Shown: positions 10,881 through 22,949, numbered from the stretch's first letter. The stretch: DNA of 64,000 nt from Isurus oxyrinchus (GCA_026770705.1 JANJGN010000035.1:13888001-13952000); one strand, 5' to 3'. A program made the numbers and translations. Notes: generated by a model not told the origin, from the letters alone.

Positions 10881-11624
10881 CTCTGATTTATTGCCCCTGA
10901 AGAAATGACTGTTAATACTCAAGGTTAAATCCCAGAAGACAGAGCCAAACTCGTTCAATGCAGAAAAGCCAGTGGACTTAGCGACGATTGGGAGGAAAGG
11001 CACAAGGATCCAAAAGGCATGCTGGGACATGGAGAAACTACCTTCAGTAATCAAGCTTTCGCTGTGTGGAAGAGAGAGGATGCAGCAACGAATTGGGACC
11101 CAGACTCTGACTGTTGCTGATGAATATGTTTGAAGATTTACCACTGAGACGATGCAGCAACACAAATTGGTCTGGGCGTTCTTAATATAAATTGCTACAG
11201 CTCAGCCACTCCTCCAGCTCCGTCCTCACATAATGTGATCTATTTCGAAGCCCAGACACGTTCCTTCCCACCCAAAATGAAAGTAAACACTAGAGAAATG
11301 TCCGAAGAGTTACCCTTTCTCCCTCTAGAAATCAAGGCTCTCGTATTCCAGGATTACCTCACAAATCTGGAATTGCTTTTGCAAAATATGGAATTAGCTC
11401 CAAACGATTTTCCTTCCATTTCCTGGTATCTATACATAAAAATAGAGAGGCTCAATCCTTCCAGACCCAGAATAATCTGAAAATACAAGATTTCCTTCCC
11501 CTCAATCTTGGGTGACCTGAAATATTCAGAGACCCTAATTTCAATTCCAAGATATTCTCAGATTTGAAGAAAAAACTTGGCTCACTTCTTTTGGCTTGAA
11601 GATAACTCCAATAATGAAGGATTC

Positions 11625-11762
11625 CAACCTGAAGAAGAGTCAGGCTGGCTCGAAAGAATAACTTTTTTTCTCTGTCCACGGGTGCTGCCAGGCGTCTGGC
11701 GCATTTCCATAAATTTCTTGTTTTGTTTCAGATTCCCAGCAGCAGTGTTTTGCTTTTATATT
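11625..11762 (+). mobile_element. Penelope-like pLTR remnant with hammerhead core
   Basis: CTGAAGA(11629-11635) a gagtca ggc tggctc GAAA(11652-11655) gaata act, then ctctgtccacgggtgctgccagg...ttcagattcccagcagcagtgttttgctttta. Confidence 0.7.
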
Positions 11763-11979
11763 AGAAAAAAAAAAAACAGGACGCGTTTCCTTTTGCCAAA
11801 CACAATATTTTGCTAGAAAACAGGATGTGAATTCCCTTTCACCACCCAGGATATTCTCCCCAATTTCTTGGCTAAAGGAGATACTGACATTTTTTATAAC
11901 TTTTAGTAATTCCCCTGCCCAACTCCACCAGTTGGAACTGTTGGAGTCTCCACCCTGAAAAAGGGACATACAGAAAAGG

Positions 11980-12530
11980 AGCATGACTACATCATTCTGC
12001 CCCTCGAGATAGCTGTAGTATACATTACTATCATGCCTGGCCTGGTAGGAGCCTCTATTCGCCTTTCCAGCCTACCCCTATTAACTTATCACCCCCTTGC
12101 TTGCCAATGAACTATCCACCCCTGCCTTAGAAGTATTGACATACTCTGCTGCAACCGACTTTTCAAGAAGAGAGTTCCAAACAAAAAAAGAAATGCCTCA
12201 CCGCCGTTTAAAATGACCGTCCTCTCATTTTAAAACAACGACGCCTATTTCCGGATTCTTAGAGAAGAGGGAGCATCCTTTCCACATCCACCCTGTCGGG
12301 ATCAGTCAATATACTTTAGCTTACAATCATGTCGAATCTTACTCTCCTGAACTCCAGTGGTCTAAAGCCTGTCCAACCATTCTTCATAAGAGAACTCACC
12401 CATTCCATATGTTAGTCTGATAAAATCTTGTTTCAAATGTTCCTAACGCCTTTACAGCCTTCCCTAAATAAGGTGACCAATATTGTAGATTGGACTCTGG
12501 CCCTCCACACTATTAAATGTTCTGCACTTC
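11980..12530 (-). mobile_element. CR1 LINE 3' fragment
   Basis: cattctgcccctcgag...aagagagttccaa...cctaaataaggtgaccaatattgta. Confidence 0.75.
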
Positions 12531-12689
12531 ATCCCTCTTCCACACCACAATAACTCCCGAAGTTGACACGTGGGGAGGGGAGCAGTGTGCGGTGAAAGGT
12601 CAAACAGGGAGGTTACCCAAAGTGTGAGATTGGGGCAGGTGAGAGATGGTCTGTCCACCCTCCCACTAAAGCCTGTTCCTTTCCGTTTA

Positions 12690-13110
12690 CCACAACCACA
12701 CTGGTCCTCTCGCTGTCAGTGCAGCTCAGTTATTACTCCACCTCCTTTCTGCAATGTGGAAAGCCAGGCATGAGGGCATTGCAGAAAGCTGCCACCTTCG
12801 TGAACGCTTTTCACACAACAACTCAGGCAGACCCGTGGTGTGAATCACCAAGCCCCACCTCCCCGGCCGAACGACTCCGCCCATGAACAAAAGCATTGCG
12901 GCAACTGCCTGAGAGAGATAGGGGGTCTTGATGAACTCGGACTCACCCATTCAACAATTAGCAGCTCAGCTCTTTTCAGTTGCAGCCTATGTCCGAACTT
13001 TGTTCATTGTTCCAAATGTTCCTCCTAATTCAGCAGCTCGTCATTCGCCTTACCTTCGTAATTTAAATTGCAGCCACTCAAATTCCCGCTCTTTACCACG
13101 ACGGATAATG
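12690..13110 (+). pseudogene. Decayed C2H2 zinc-finger array
   Basis: ORF 12840-13028 contains CGNCLREIGGLDELGLTHSTISSSALFSCSLC: two CxxC exactly 28 aa apart, with L14 and F27 in canonical positions. Also cacactggt (HTG) and caatgtggaaag (QCGK) upstream. Confidence 0.6.
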
Positions 13111-14199
13111 GAACAGGCAGTGCTTGTATAATCTAATATTTAATACAATAGGGGTGAAATTAACAAAGTGCCATTGCAATCTGTTCTCTATATCATCTGC
13201 TTTCATCTTTTGTTTAAAATTGTTTAATCTATGTTTAATGGATTATGACAAATTTAATTTAGATGAATTACGATTCCCTAAATTTGGGTGACTTGCATAT
13301 TTTAGATGTGAGTTTTAAATTTCAGACCTAGTAACCACTTCCTCAAGTAAAGAAGTGTTCGTTCACAATAGAACAGACAGCATGACAGGAATTGGATTGA
13401 TCACCGGACAGGTAGGGGAGCAATGTCATGCCATGACATTTTTAATTCAGGTTGTCCACAGAATATTAATTAATGAGAGCTGTTACCACGAAAAGTAGAT
13501 CAATTTATTGGAATTGGTAGAAAATCTAGTTTAATTTTAAATCGATTACAATGATGACATTTTATATTTTCCAGACAACCCCACTGCTGCAAATTGAGAA
13601 TGACCCCGTTGCACTGAGAGAGGGGTTGCAGGTGACGTGCTTTTGTCTGTCACCAACCCCACCCCTCCCAGCCTGCATTAATCTTAAAGTGAGCAACAGG
13701 GGCGCGCTAAATTCATGTTGCCTTTTTGTTCCATGGTGTTGGTAGTAAGCACACATTCAGCTTCGAGGAATGACAGCTCTTGAACAGGCACGAACTTGGA
13801 GATTAGGCCACAATCAGATCAGTCATGAGTGGCAGAGCGGGCTCCATGGGCCGAATGCCCTTACACCTGATCATATTTCTAAAGATTTTATTTCCAAACG
13901 ATGGCGGTGTGGTGTTCATGTCACTGAACCCGTAATCCTGAGACCTGGGCTCATGTTCTGGAGTCATGGTGGAATTTAGTGGCAGGCGGTGGAATTTCAA
14001 TACACTTGCATACGCTGTCGGCTGCAATAGTACAGGTTTTGGCTTAGTTCTGTGAGACATAGCCAAACATCCCTAAACATTCAGATGCTCTTATCCAAAA
14101 ATAATTCCTTTCTATGTGAAAGAAGACAATCAATTCTAAATAAAAGCCGAGTTTAATGAGGGTATGGCAAGCAAGGACAGAATTTGATGTCCATCTCCT

Positions 14200-15062
14200 T
14201 CTGAACTCCTCTAGCCCGTGCAACACTCTCTGTCTCTATAAAATCCTCCACCTCCTGCCTCTGTAACTTCCACCAATCCATAAAGTGCCCGACTATTTCT
14301 GTGACTTCCTACAGCACCTGCAACTGTCACTCTGTGTTAAATCTTCAGCTGCCACTAAAATTGTCCATAAGTCGGCAACATCATCAGGCAACGACCACCC
14401 TTACTGACTGTAAACTCCATCAGCCCCATAACCATGAATATCCCTGTAAATCCATCCAGTCCCGACAACCCATACTATCTAATTTACCTCCACCAGTTCA
14501 TGCAAAGCCACCTATCCCTATAGCCTCCTCTAGCTCCTACAACGCCCCTATCTCTATAACCTACGTCCAAATGATACTCTCGACCTATCTCAGTAATGTC
14601 TTCCAGCCCCTGAAACCCTTCCTATCTCTGTTACCAACTAGAGACCCCACAACACTTCTATCTCTGTAACCTTCTTCAGTCTCCACAATTACCTCTATCT
14701 CAGTAACCTCGTCCAGCTACTACAATGCTCTGCACCTCTGTAGCATCCTCCAACCAGACCACACAACACTTCCTGTCTCTGTAAATTCGTCCAACCCCTA
14801 CGATATCCCTATCTGTGTAAGCTCCTCCTACACCGACATATCTCCTTCTTTCTGTTATATCCTCCAGCCTCTCCAGACCTCTCTATGTATGCAACCTCCG
14901 TCAGACACTGCAACCCTCACTATCTCTGCAAGTTGCTCCAGCCACTACAACCTTTCCCTGCTCCGTAACCTAAGAAAAATCCAACGACCCTCCCAATCTC
15001 TGTAAACTCCTCTAGCATCCACGACCCTTCCTATCTCTGTAAGCGCTTCCTGCCCCTATACC
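14200..15062 (+). repeat. 37-bp minisatellite derived from L2 LINE ORF2 (PYLCNLLQPYNP segment)
   Basis: ctatct anchors at 14585, 14622, 14658 and 14695; unit resembles ctatctctgtaacctcctccagcccctacaaccctcc. Confidence 0.85.
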
Positions 15063-15374
15063 CTGGTTAAAAATTGCAACCTACGTCAACCATTCATTCA
15101 TTACCAATTTGCTTTTACTGGAAATATGCTACATGCAACTTGGCTGTAAAGTTTTCATATTACAACTGTAACAACAATTTTTATAAACTTTATTCAATAG
15201 CGGCATCTTGTTTATGGTTTATTATATTTCGTGAAATGCAATTTTCCCTTATTTATTTATTGCACCATTGCTCCCTCAAGGCATAACTTCTCATAAAACA
15301 CAAAATTGCAGGAAGGAGCTTTTTCCCTCCCAATTGTTTAGTTTGGACGGTATGCAGTAGTAAGTCAGGCACAA

Positions 15375-16440
15375 TGGTTTACGGGTTATATTACTGGTCT
15401 AATAATCCAGGACTCAATAGTTTAAGGATTATGTTAGTGGACTAATAATCCAATGTACAGGAGCGACAGGGGTAATGCCACTGCAAAAATATTACAGGGT
15501 GCAGTCTTTTAAGTGTTATGTTGCTGGACTAAAAATCCAAGATACTGTAGTTTAGGGGTTATGAAGTTGTACCAATAATCCAGGGTACAGGAGTGTAGAG
15601 GTTATGTTACTTAACTAATCACCCAGGGTATAGGAGTGCAGGGGTTATGTCGTTGGACTATTTATCCAAGTTACAGGAACATAGGTCCTATGTTACTGGG
15701 TTAATAATAGAGAGCAGATTACTCTAGAGATTATATTGTTGCATTAATAATCCCAGATAAAGTTGTGTAGATGTTATGTTACTGGGCTAATAATCCATGG
15801 CATAATTTTATTGGGGTTATGTTACTGGCCGAATAATCCCGGAGACAGTATTGTAAACGTTATATTTTGGTCTATTAATTCAGCATACTGTTGTATTGGG
15901 TTTTGGTTACTGGAATAATAATGCAGGGCACAGCAGTGTAGTGATAGTGCACTAATTACTGTACAAATAATCAAAGCAAAGTTGGTTAAGGCTTATGTAC
16001 TGAATATATAATCCAGGGCACAATATTATACCGTTAATTTTACTGAATTAATAATCCAGGGTGCAGCATTTTAACTGTTATGGTACTGGACTAATAATAG
16101 AGGGCAGAACAGTGTAGGAATTATTTTACTGGACTGATGGTAGAGGCTACAGTAGCTTAGGGGTTATGCTACTGGAATAATATCAAGGGTACAGTAGTGC
16201 AATGATTATATTACTGGACAAATAATCCAGGTTACAATAGCGCAGGGAACTTTTTTCCAGAGTAATAATCCAGCGTGTAGTACTCTGCGGCGTATTCTAC
16301 TGGGCTAGTAAGCCAGAGTAAAGTAGTGTATTTGTTCTACTGCACGGTTTCTAATCCAGAGTACAGTAGTATGTGCGTTGCATTTTGGAATAATAGCCAA
16401 TTTTTCAACTGCATATTGGTCGTGTTGTTGGATTAAGTAT
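15375..16440 (+). repeat. 43-bp minisatellite (about 24 units) derived from a SINE tRNA-like head
   Basis: gttatgttac anchors at 15601, 15644, 15687 and 15730; unit resembles gttatgttactggactaataatccagggtacagtagtgtaggg. Confidence 0.9.
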
Positions 16441-16464
16441 GCAGTGCTTTCGATTTTTTTCCTA

Positions 16465-16710
16465 CTTTATGGGATGAAGGCGAACCTGGCTGTGTCAACA
16501 TTTCTTGCCCCTCCCTTTTTGCCCATGAGAAGATAGTGATGAGCTGCATTCATGAACCGCTGCAGTCCTTGCAGTTCAGGTGTCCCCATATGGTTATTAG
16601 ATGGGGAACAAGAGAGTTGTGACCCAACAATTGTGAAGGAATGGTGTTATATTTCTAAGCTGGCTTGGTGAATGGCTTGAAGGGGATCTTCCTGGTGATG
16701 GTCTTTATTT
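16465..16710 (-). mobile_element. 3' tail of a CR1-group LINE
   Basis: atgggatgaaggcgaacctggctgtgtcaacatttcttgccc...gagaagatagtgatgagctgc. Confidence 0.7.
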
Positions 16711-17269
16711 CTATCCCTTAAATTTAATGCACTTGCCATTAATGATCAAGTATGATACACGGTCTAATGGATTTTAAAAAAAAATAAACAGCATCAATAA
16801 GGGAATTATTAACTTATTCATGTTAAACATATTGCAAGACATTGGTGCTCTCAGTGTTCACTATCTCGAATGCAGATCGAATATGCAGTTCTTAAAAGTA
16901 TCCTGATGGGATGTCTTCTTCCTGTTTGCCAAACAGAACAAAGGTTTCCACGCAAACGGATTCACCATTTTATTTAAATTTCCAAACGATTGATGCACCA
17001 AGAATGGAGAGTCAACTACACCTGCCGTGACATAAAGCAATCATAGACCATCATGATTAAATATTAACGTATGTAACTTTTAAACAAAAGCCGAATGGTC
17101 AGTTGAAATAAAATATAATAAATAATCGGTGGTACAATTTTAACAGAAGTTCATTATATGATACTTTGTCAGTGCATTCAGTACGTAACTAGCGCTGGGG
17201 TACAACTTGGCTCAAATAAAACTTGGTTTTTCAGTGCAGAAACTTCGAGATCAAAAGCCCTCATCAAGA

Positions 17270-17470
17270 TCTAAAGTTGGCCATTTACATTTTGAGGTAA
17301 CGGGCAATCGAGGGTGCCATCTGATGGAACTGTCAGTTGCATGTCCGCGGCTCTGTTCGCGGCCGTGTGTCCCTGGTGAGGAAGCATGCAGTGTCTGCTG
17401 GCATTGTCGAATCCTTCCATGCTCGCTTGGCAACGCGGGGGCTGGGCTGTTTTATTGGCCTTGTTAATCA
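17270..17470 (-). pseudogene. Decayed C2H2 zinc-finger relic (paralog 31060-31265)
   Basis: Minus ORF CQASMEGFDNASRHCMLPHQGHTA: C1 with G7-F8 spacing and HQ..HT. Confidence 0.45.
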
Positions 17471-17662
17471 CATTTTGGTGTCATGTTTGTAACTTGCCTT
17501 TAAATTTGGTCTTCATTTTTACAGTTTCAATTTAAATTGGATGACCTTTGCGTTGTCCCTTAATTTGAAAATTTAGTTTATTTGGTTGACTCAAAGCAGT
17601 TACAAAGAACACAAAAGCCGTCATTAAGTTGCTTTTTAGTAATTTTGAAGGATAAAACCTGA

Positions 17663-17790
17663 GTGTTTCTGAAAAAAGAGACAAGCTGAAAGTTTTTGTC
17701 TTGCAATCATCTGGCCAGTTGGTGGACTTGTGAAGTAATCTGATGAGTGCAAGATGAAGAGCTTCAACATGTCTATTTTTTCAGCAACAC
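17663..17790. mobile_element. Short inverted-repeat Penelope-type remnant with hammerhead-like cores
   Basis: gtgtttctgaaaaaagagaca...ttgtcttgcaatcatctg (17663-17713) pairs with ctgatgagtgcaagatgaagagcttcaacatgtctattttttcagcaacac (17740-17790); CTGATGA core. Confidence 0.6.
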
Positions 17791-18039
17791 GCTAGTGATG
17801 ACTTACAATTTAGAACGGAATTTCATTGAAACCTTTGGGCTGAAAATATTAAATAATTAGAGGTAATATCTGAATACTCATGGAGATGCACTTAAAACAA
17901 TTTGGTGTCCTTTTAACTTTGAACCACGTTAAAGTGAATGGTATCAGAAAGGCTGTGGTGCACATGTGGCAGCTTTGCACCAGAAGTCCAGGAATGGACT
18001 TCTAACTTCATAGTGATTAGAGTGGGCCAACGCTCAACG

Positions 18040-18320
18040 TGAAAATTGGCCGTCATTGAAAGTCAACCACATTGATGCGGGCCTGGAATCACATCTAGGC
18101 CAGGCCAAGTTAGGGAGGCAGATTTATTTCACTAAACGACATCAGGGAATGATATGGGTTTTTACAACAATCGACAAGGGTTTCATGGTCATCATTAGCC
18201 TTATTTTCTACTTCAAGATTTTACTTAATTCAAATTTCACCATCTGCCGTGAATGGATCGAAAATGGATCCCCTGAATCACCGCAATGCCAATCCAGTGG
18301 TAAAAATGCTATTCCACAGT
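18040..18320 (-). mobile_element. tRNA-derived SINE (MER131-like core; family name tentative)
   Basis: agtcaaccacattg...ctggaatcacatctaggccaggccaag...ggcagattt...atgggtttttacaacaatcgacaa...tttcaccatctgcc. Confidence 0.8.
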
Positions 18321-18399
18321 CTCCTTTCATTGATATTTAGCCAGGAAATAGACCACACTGTTATCAGAATCTCCAACTTTTGGCAGAAGCAGAGCCTTC

Positions 18400-19200
18400 T
18401 ATGAATCAGTGATAGAGAAAAAACATGGGCCCAGTGCCTTTTCACTGAAGTGGTTTTGCGCGAGCACAGAATGTCACTGAGAGTGTCGTTCACGGCCAGG
18501 TCTTAGCGGGTCTTGTCAGATAAGAACAGCTTTGGTGCATGTGGCGACGGAGCAGCCAATTCATGGAGTGTTTCATCATCGATCCCCTCTGCCTCCCCTC
18601 CGTATTGGCCGGCTAGGAAAGCAAATCTGTTTCTTGAAATTAACGTGGTTTCGTCAAAGTCTATTCACCTTAATATTTCACCAGTTTGCACCTGTAGATT
18701 AATCTGTGACGGTTAGAAACCTAGTCTGGCGAAAGAGAACAAATGCATCAATGTTATTTGCGCTGTCTGGGATTTCTGAATTTTGCCAGTCTTCTGCTGA
18801 GGCAGAGTACAGTCGCCTCCCAGAATACTGACAAACATCCTGTGCAAGTTCTAGTCTCATTACTTTACTTGCTCACTGTCTGCACATTGCTAAGTGTAAT
18901 AGTTGGTGCTATTGCACTTCGCAATGTGCTGCTGTCTCCTTTTCCCTCACCATCTAAGGCCTTCCTCCATGCTCTTTCCTTTTCCTCTTGAACGAAAGCT
19001 GCTTCAGACAAAATATCGAGTTGCACCTTGTCGATGTGTGTCGCCCCCTTCTGTTGTCTTGCCATCTCCTTCTGTGTCTGCAGTGAGGCCATTTGGACAA
19101 CTAGTTCGGCTCCCCTGGCACTGGCAACTCGACGGGTTTCACTTGCACTCAGCAGGTTGGTGCAAACCCAAGCAACACATGGAAAGACGGACATGGTGTG
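18400..19200 (+). pseudogene. Decayed multi-finger C2H2 ZNF exon (paralog 34445-35160)
   Basis: cactgagagtgtcgttcacg resembles HT(G)ERPFT codons; CYLRCLGFLNFASLLLRQ has G7, F8 and L14; AAT ACT GAC AAA CAT CCT GTG CAA GTT (18824-18850) = NTDKHPVQV, similar to HTDKRPFQC. Confidence 0.65.
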
Positions 19201-19789
19201 ATGCGGGGGCATGTAGGGGACGTAGTTTCAAATACCCCCCAGCCTCGGCAGCCTCACCCTTCCCCGTCTAGTTGTAATTTTTCAAATTTTCTTACCCAGC
19301 CATGGCAGCTCAGCTTCCCTTAGGCCTAGGCAACGAAGTTCACTGCCGACCAGTTCGGTACTCCCGCCACCCTACACACAGCTTTGAACTTCAGAAACAG
19401 TCCAATAATCCCAAGAAATAGGCGAAATCGACGGGTGGTGCAAAACACATGTCGCAATCATTTCCAAGTTCTATATATTAATGCACAAGGGCAGCCAGAT
19501 CCAAAATCACTGCAGCATTCTGCAGTCTCACTCCATGTAAACAGTATACTGAGTTTTCTTTATCAGCCAAAGTGTCCAAACTTTTATTGTTTTCACATTG
19601 TACTCCATCTGGTAAATTCCTACTACTTGCATAAAACAGTAACAAAAGTTCAAAGAGTTTTCATCACTCTGATGCTGACAGCAGACTGCGGTTTTTGTGT
19701 TGCTGTTTGCTGCTCATAACAAAGACTCGTTTTTTTTATCTCGGGGAATAACGTTGATTTGCGAGCTGTTCGGTAATCAATCTTATTTT

Positions 19790-20530
19790 CCTTTTTCCTC
19801 TTGCTCCCATTAATGTTATCTCTTTCCCCGTCTCTCTCCACCTATCTCCTCTCTCTCACTCCCCTTCTCTCCAAGTTACCATCCACGGTCTCTTTCTCTC
19901 CATCTAACACATCCTTCACTAAGCTCTCTCCTTTTCTCTCTCTCTCCCTTCCCATCCCTATATTTACCAAGCACTGCCACCTACGCTTTATTTCTCTTTC
20001 TCTACCCCCAAACCCCGCCTTGTGCTGCCTCCCTCTCTCCAATTCTGCCATCCCCTCAAACCTCCTCCCTCTCTCTCCATCTCTGTCTCTCCCACCCACT
20101 ACCTCCCCATGCTGTCTACATCTCCCTCTCTCTCTCTATCCACCACTCTATCACACCCACAGCCATCTCTCAATCTCTCTCTATTTCTCTGTACCTCTCT
20201 TTCCCTGCGTATCTCTCTCTTTGTCTCTATCCTTCCATCTATATCTCACCTGCCCACAACGACCTCCAGCTCTCTTCCTGTCTCTTTATCTCTCTCTCTT
20301 TCTGTTAGTTTCTGCCTCTGTCTCTCTCCTTCCATCCATTTCCCTTCCAAACACCGGCAGGTTCCACTCTCTAACTCTCTCACTTCTACACACCCTACCC
20401 CCAGTATCTCCCTCTCCCTCCCTCCCTCTCTCCAGCTATATCCCTCCCACCACCGTCATCTCCTGCTCTTTACCTTCCTGTCCTTATCTGTTTGCCTCCC
20501 TTCTCTGTCTATCTCCCCCTTTGTCTCACA
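19790..20530. repeat. CT-rich polypyrimidine low-complexity tract
   Basis: Degenerate (CT)n; paralog 47610-48410 has the same right junction (cgttatgtttt..gatttgatatgtttta). Confidence 0.9.
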
Positions 20531-20659
20531 AACCGTTATGTTTTGTTTGATTTGATATGTTTTACCTATGAGCACACTACGGTATTTGCTATCTTTTACA
20601 TCATTCAGATTATCTCGGGAGTGCTGTCTATTCTCGATTGCATTGTTCTATATTGGACA

Positions 20660-21017
20660 AGAATAAAAGCGAGCCCAGTGCATTATCAAGAATATGCAGA
20701 AGACACTGGATGAGCGGTCTTTCGGTGAGATTCAGGTCAAGGTCTGAAGCAATGTTTATGAGTTAGAATGGGGGGAGTCCATTTGAACAGCTTAGGCGGT
20801 TGAATAATGTTTATGCTTTCATGCGCCACAGCATAACTGCTTGATTTTCAGTGCCAGCCCTCCAGAAATTAACGCCAAGCTTTTGCTTGCATTTCCAGAA
20901 TTTTGTTCATCGCAATAGTTACTTCCAAGTGCAGGTGAGTCTGTTGCACACGGTCAACTTATAAGGATAATGACGTCTTCTTATCTCACAGACCAGAATG
21001 TCCCACCTTCCAATAAA
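20660..21017 (-). pseudogene. Decayed exon after a conserved 3' splice site, ZNF-like (paralog 48540-48889)
   Basis: Minus-strand acceptor tttgtaaattaatttcagtgcag ending at 21018; collinear with the paralog, which shows clearer ZNF motifs. Confidence 0.4.
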
Positions 21018-22239
21018 CTGCACTGAAATTAATTTACAAACCGTATTTTCAGATGTAATGCTACTTTCATGTATGTCTGCAGCGGTCTCCTTCTGTGTAA
21101 ACTTAATTTCTATTCATCCATCTTCTATGAAACTGCTTCAGACAGGCCCTGACTAACTCACATCTATAGATGTCAGAGTATGTCCGTTACCTCGCTATTG
21201 GATGTCAGTGATTTCCTTACACTGAATCCTAAATCACTCTACTCCTCCTTATCATGGGCATCCCACTGACTGGAAGTTGGTCTGTTGCATCGTTTTAATG
21301 TCCCCTCTCACTGCGAGCAGTGAATTTCTTTTGTCACAGTCTCACCCAGATGTTCATGCTGCGGTGGAATGTGTTGCTGTTTTCATGACACGGTATCAGC
21401 TCCAATTGATTGTTGCTGTTTGCAACATTAAGCTCTCGTCCACATTGCTCATTGCGCCCGTAACTTACCGTATTCAGAAAACAGTGATATATGGCTGCCT
21501 ATCCATTCATCTCACCCTCAACAAATTCCAATAAATACCAAACACAAAATACAAACTGCTGGGAAAAAAAACACTGGTCAAAGCATGTGAATAATCAAAC
21601 AGAAGAGGAAAAAATATTCATAGTTTAAGAAGTTATTATCATTATAAACATGATATATCGTGTGAAATTGATATTTACACTTTTCGTTCCAGTTTATTGT
21701 TTGTGGGAGCCTGTGATACATTCTAGGAAGTGAACCGAATACAAGCCTTGTGAGTAAATCCATATTGGAATTCAACGAACCATTTTTTTTTAAAATTCCA
21801 GGAGTATTTTGTTAAGGTTTAATTCTGCAACTAGCTTTTTTTTTAGCGCAAATTCGACAAAGAACTTTCATGCTACAATGTTCAGCTCTAAGGTAAGTCA
21901 GATGATGGATTAGAAAATGTCCACGTGTTATATCATAAAAACAATGGTTTTGAACTGAAAAACCGTGCTACATTTCTCCAAGTTGAAATCATGAAAGAAA
22001 CAGATTCTAAAGCAGAGTTGCAGTTTAAATATAAATAGAACTAAAATTGGATCCGTGCGCATAGTTCTGGTGAGAAATCAATTCAGGCATCATGGAAGGG
22101 ATCGAAGGCTAATAGGTGCTTTATTTTTTTCAATTCAGGGATTTTTACTCAGGAGGAAAATAGCGACGTTTTGTCAAATGCCAGACGCACAAATAAAACT
22201 GCCATTTTAAAAAAACAAAATAATTCATATTGGTGTTCA

Positions 22240-22650
22240 ATGGAAAGTCTATATCTTTGGTGGGGTGCAACAAATGTATTAATTTTTTTGTGTGGAATGT
22301 CATGATGGACACGTATCAAAATAATTTACTGCTTACTCTCAGAGGACTTTGGTCTGTCTGTTGGCGAATTTGACCAGCGTGTTTCTGGCGGGGCGGATGC
22401 ACTATTGTCGCATGTCGATGTTGTCTTTTGGTCCAGAAAAGGATTATATGCTTCCAGAGGCGTCGGAGGTCGCTGTGCCCCTTCTGTGAGTACAGAGCAA
22501 ATACTTTACATACAATCGAATTATGCAAATCTGCAAAGCAGCTCCAGCACGTGCTCGCTTTATTTCATATAGGCTTGCTGAGAATGGGCAGTACTCAGAG
22601 GGCCGCTCCCGTGTTACTGTCCTGCAGCAACCTCCTTCCACCTCACCACT
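22240..22650 (+). pseudogene. Decayed C2H2 ZNF exon (paralog 49960-50330)
   Basis: GAC CAG CGT GTT TCT GGC GGG GCG GAT GCA (from 22372) resembles CAC CAG CGA GTT CAC ACT GGG GAG AGG CCA (HQRVHTGERP); LCPFCEYR CxxC is kept in the paralog (LCRSCECR). Confidence 0.55.
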
Positions 22651-22694
22651 GGAATCTACCAAATAAAAAAAAAACAGTTTGGGTTTGCCTGTAA

Positions 22695-22830
22695 GTCTTA
22701 ACCTCGTGAAACAACCTCAGCTGCTTCACAGGAGTGTTGCCAGCCAAACCTCACACCCAGACACAGGGGGCGATACAATTTTAGGAAGCCAAAAACGAAT
22801 TAAAAGAGATGGGCTTGTGGAGCACCTTAC
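22695..22830 (-). mobile_element. L2 LINE 3' end fragment (paralog about 50390-50520)
   Basis: gcttcacaggagtgtt...aaaagagatgggcttgtggagcacctta resembles the reverse complement of the L2 terminus. Confidence 0.5.
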
Positions 22831-22949
22831 GATTCATGGCTGCTAAGCAGACTGCAGCAGTTTGTTACATGGGCAGCAGTGTTTTGTTTGACCTCAAATT
22901 TAGGGAAGATTGAATTCAAGCAGGCGGGCCATGAGAGAATTGGAATATT

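Noticed and set aside
15375-16440. CRISPR array (hairpin repeat plus variable spacer)
   Set aside because: The apparent spacers are homologous to each other, the repeats are degenerate, no cas genes are present and the context is vertebrate.
18278-19212. Novel minus-strand gene family (ORFs 18865-19212 and 18278-18493, with accATG start shared at about 35153)
   Set aside because: Similarity follows from DNA paralogy, frames break differently in each copy, and the plus strand shows ZNF motifs.
19801-20555. 249-aa and 177-aa ORFs
   Set aside because: Translations of a CT-rich low-complexity tract that lacks stop codons; the same applies to the ORFs at 47719-48471 and 57734-58231.
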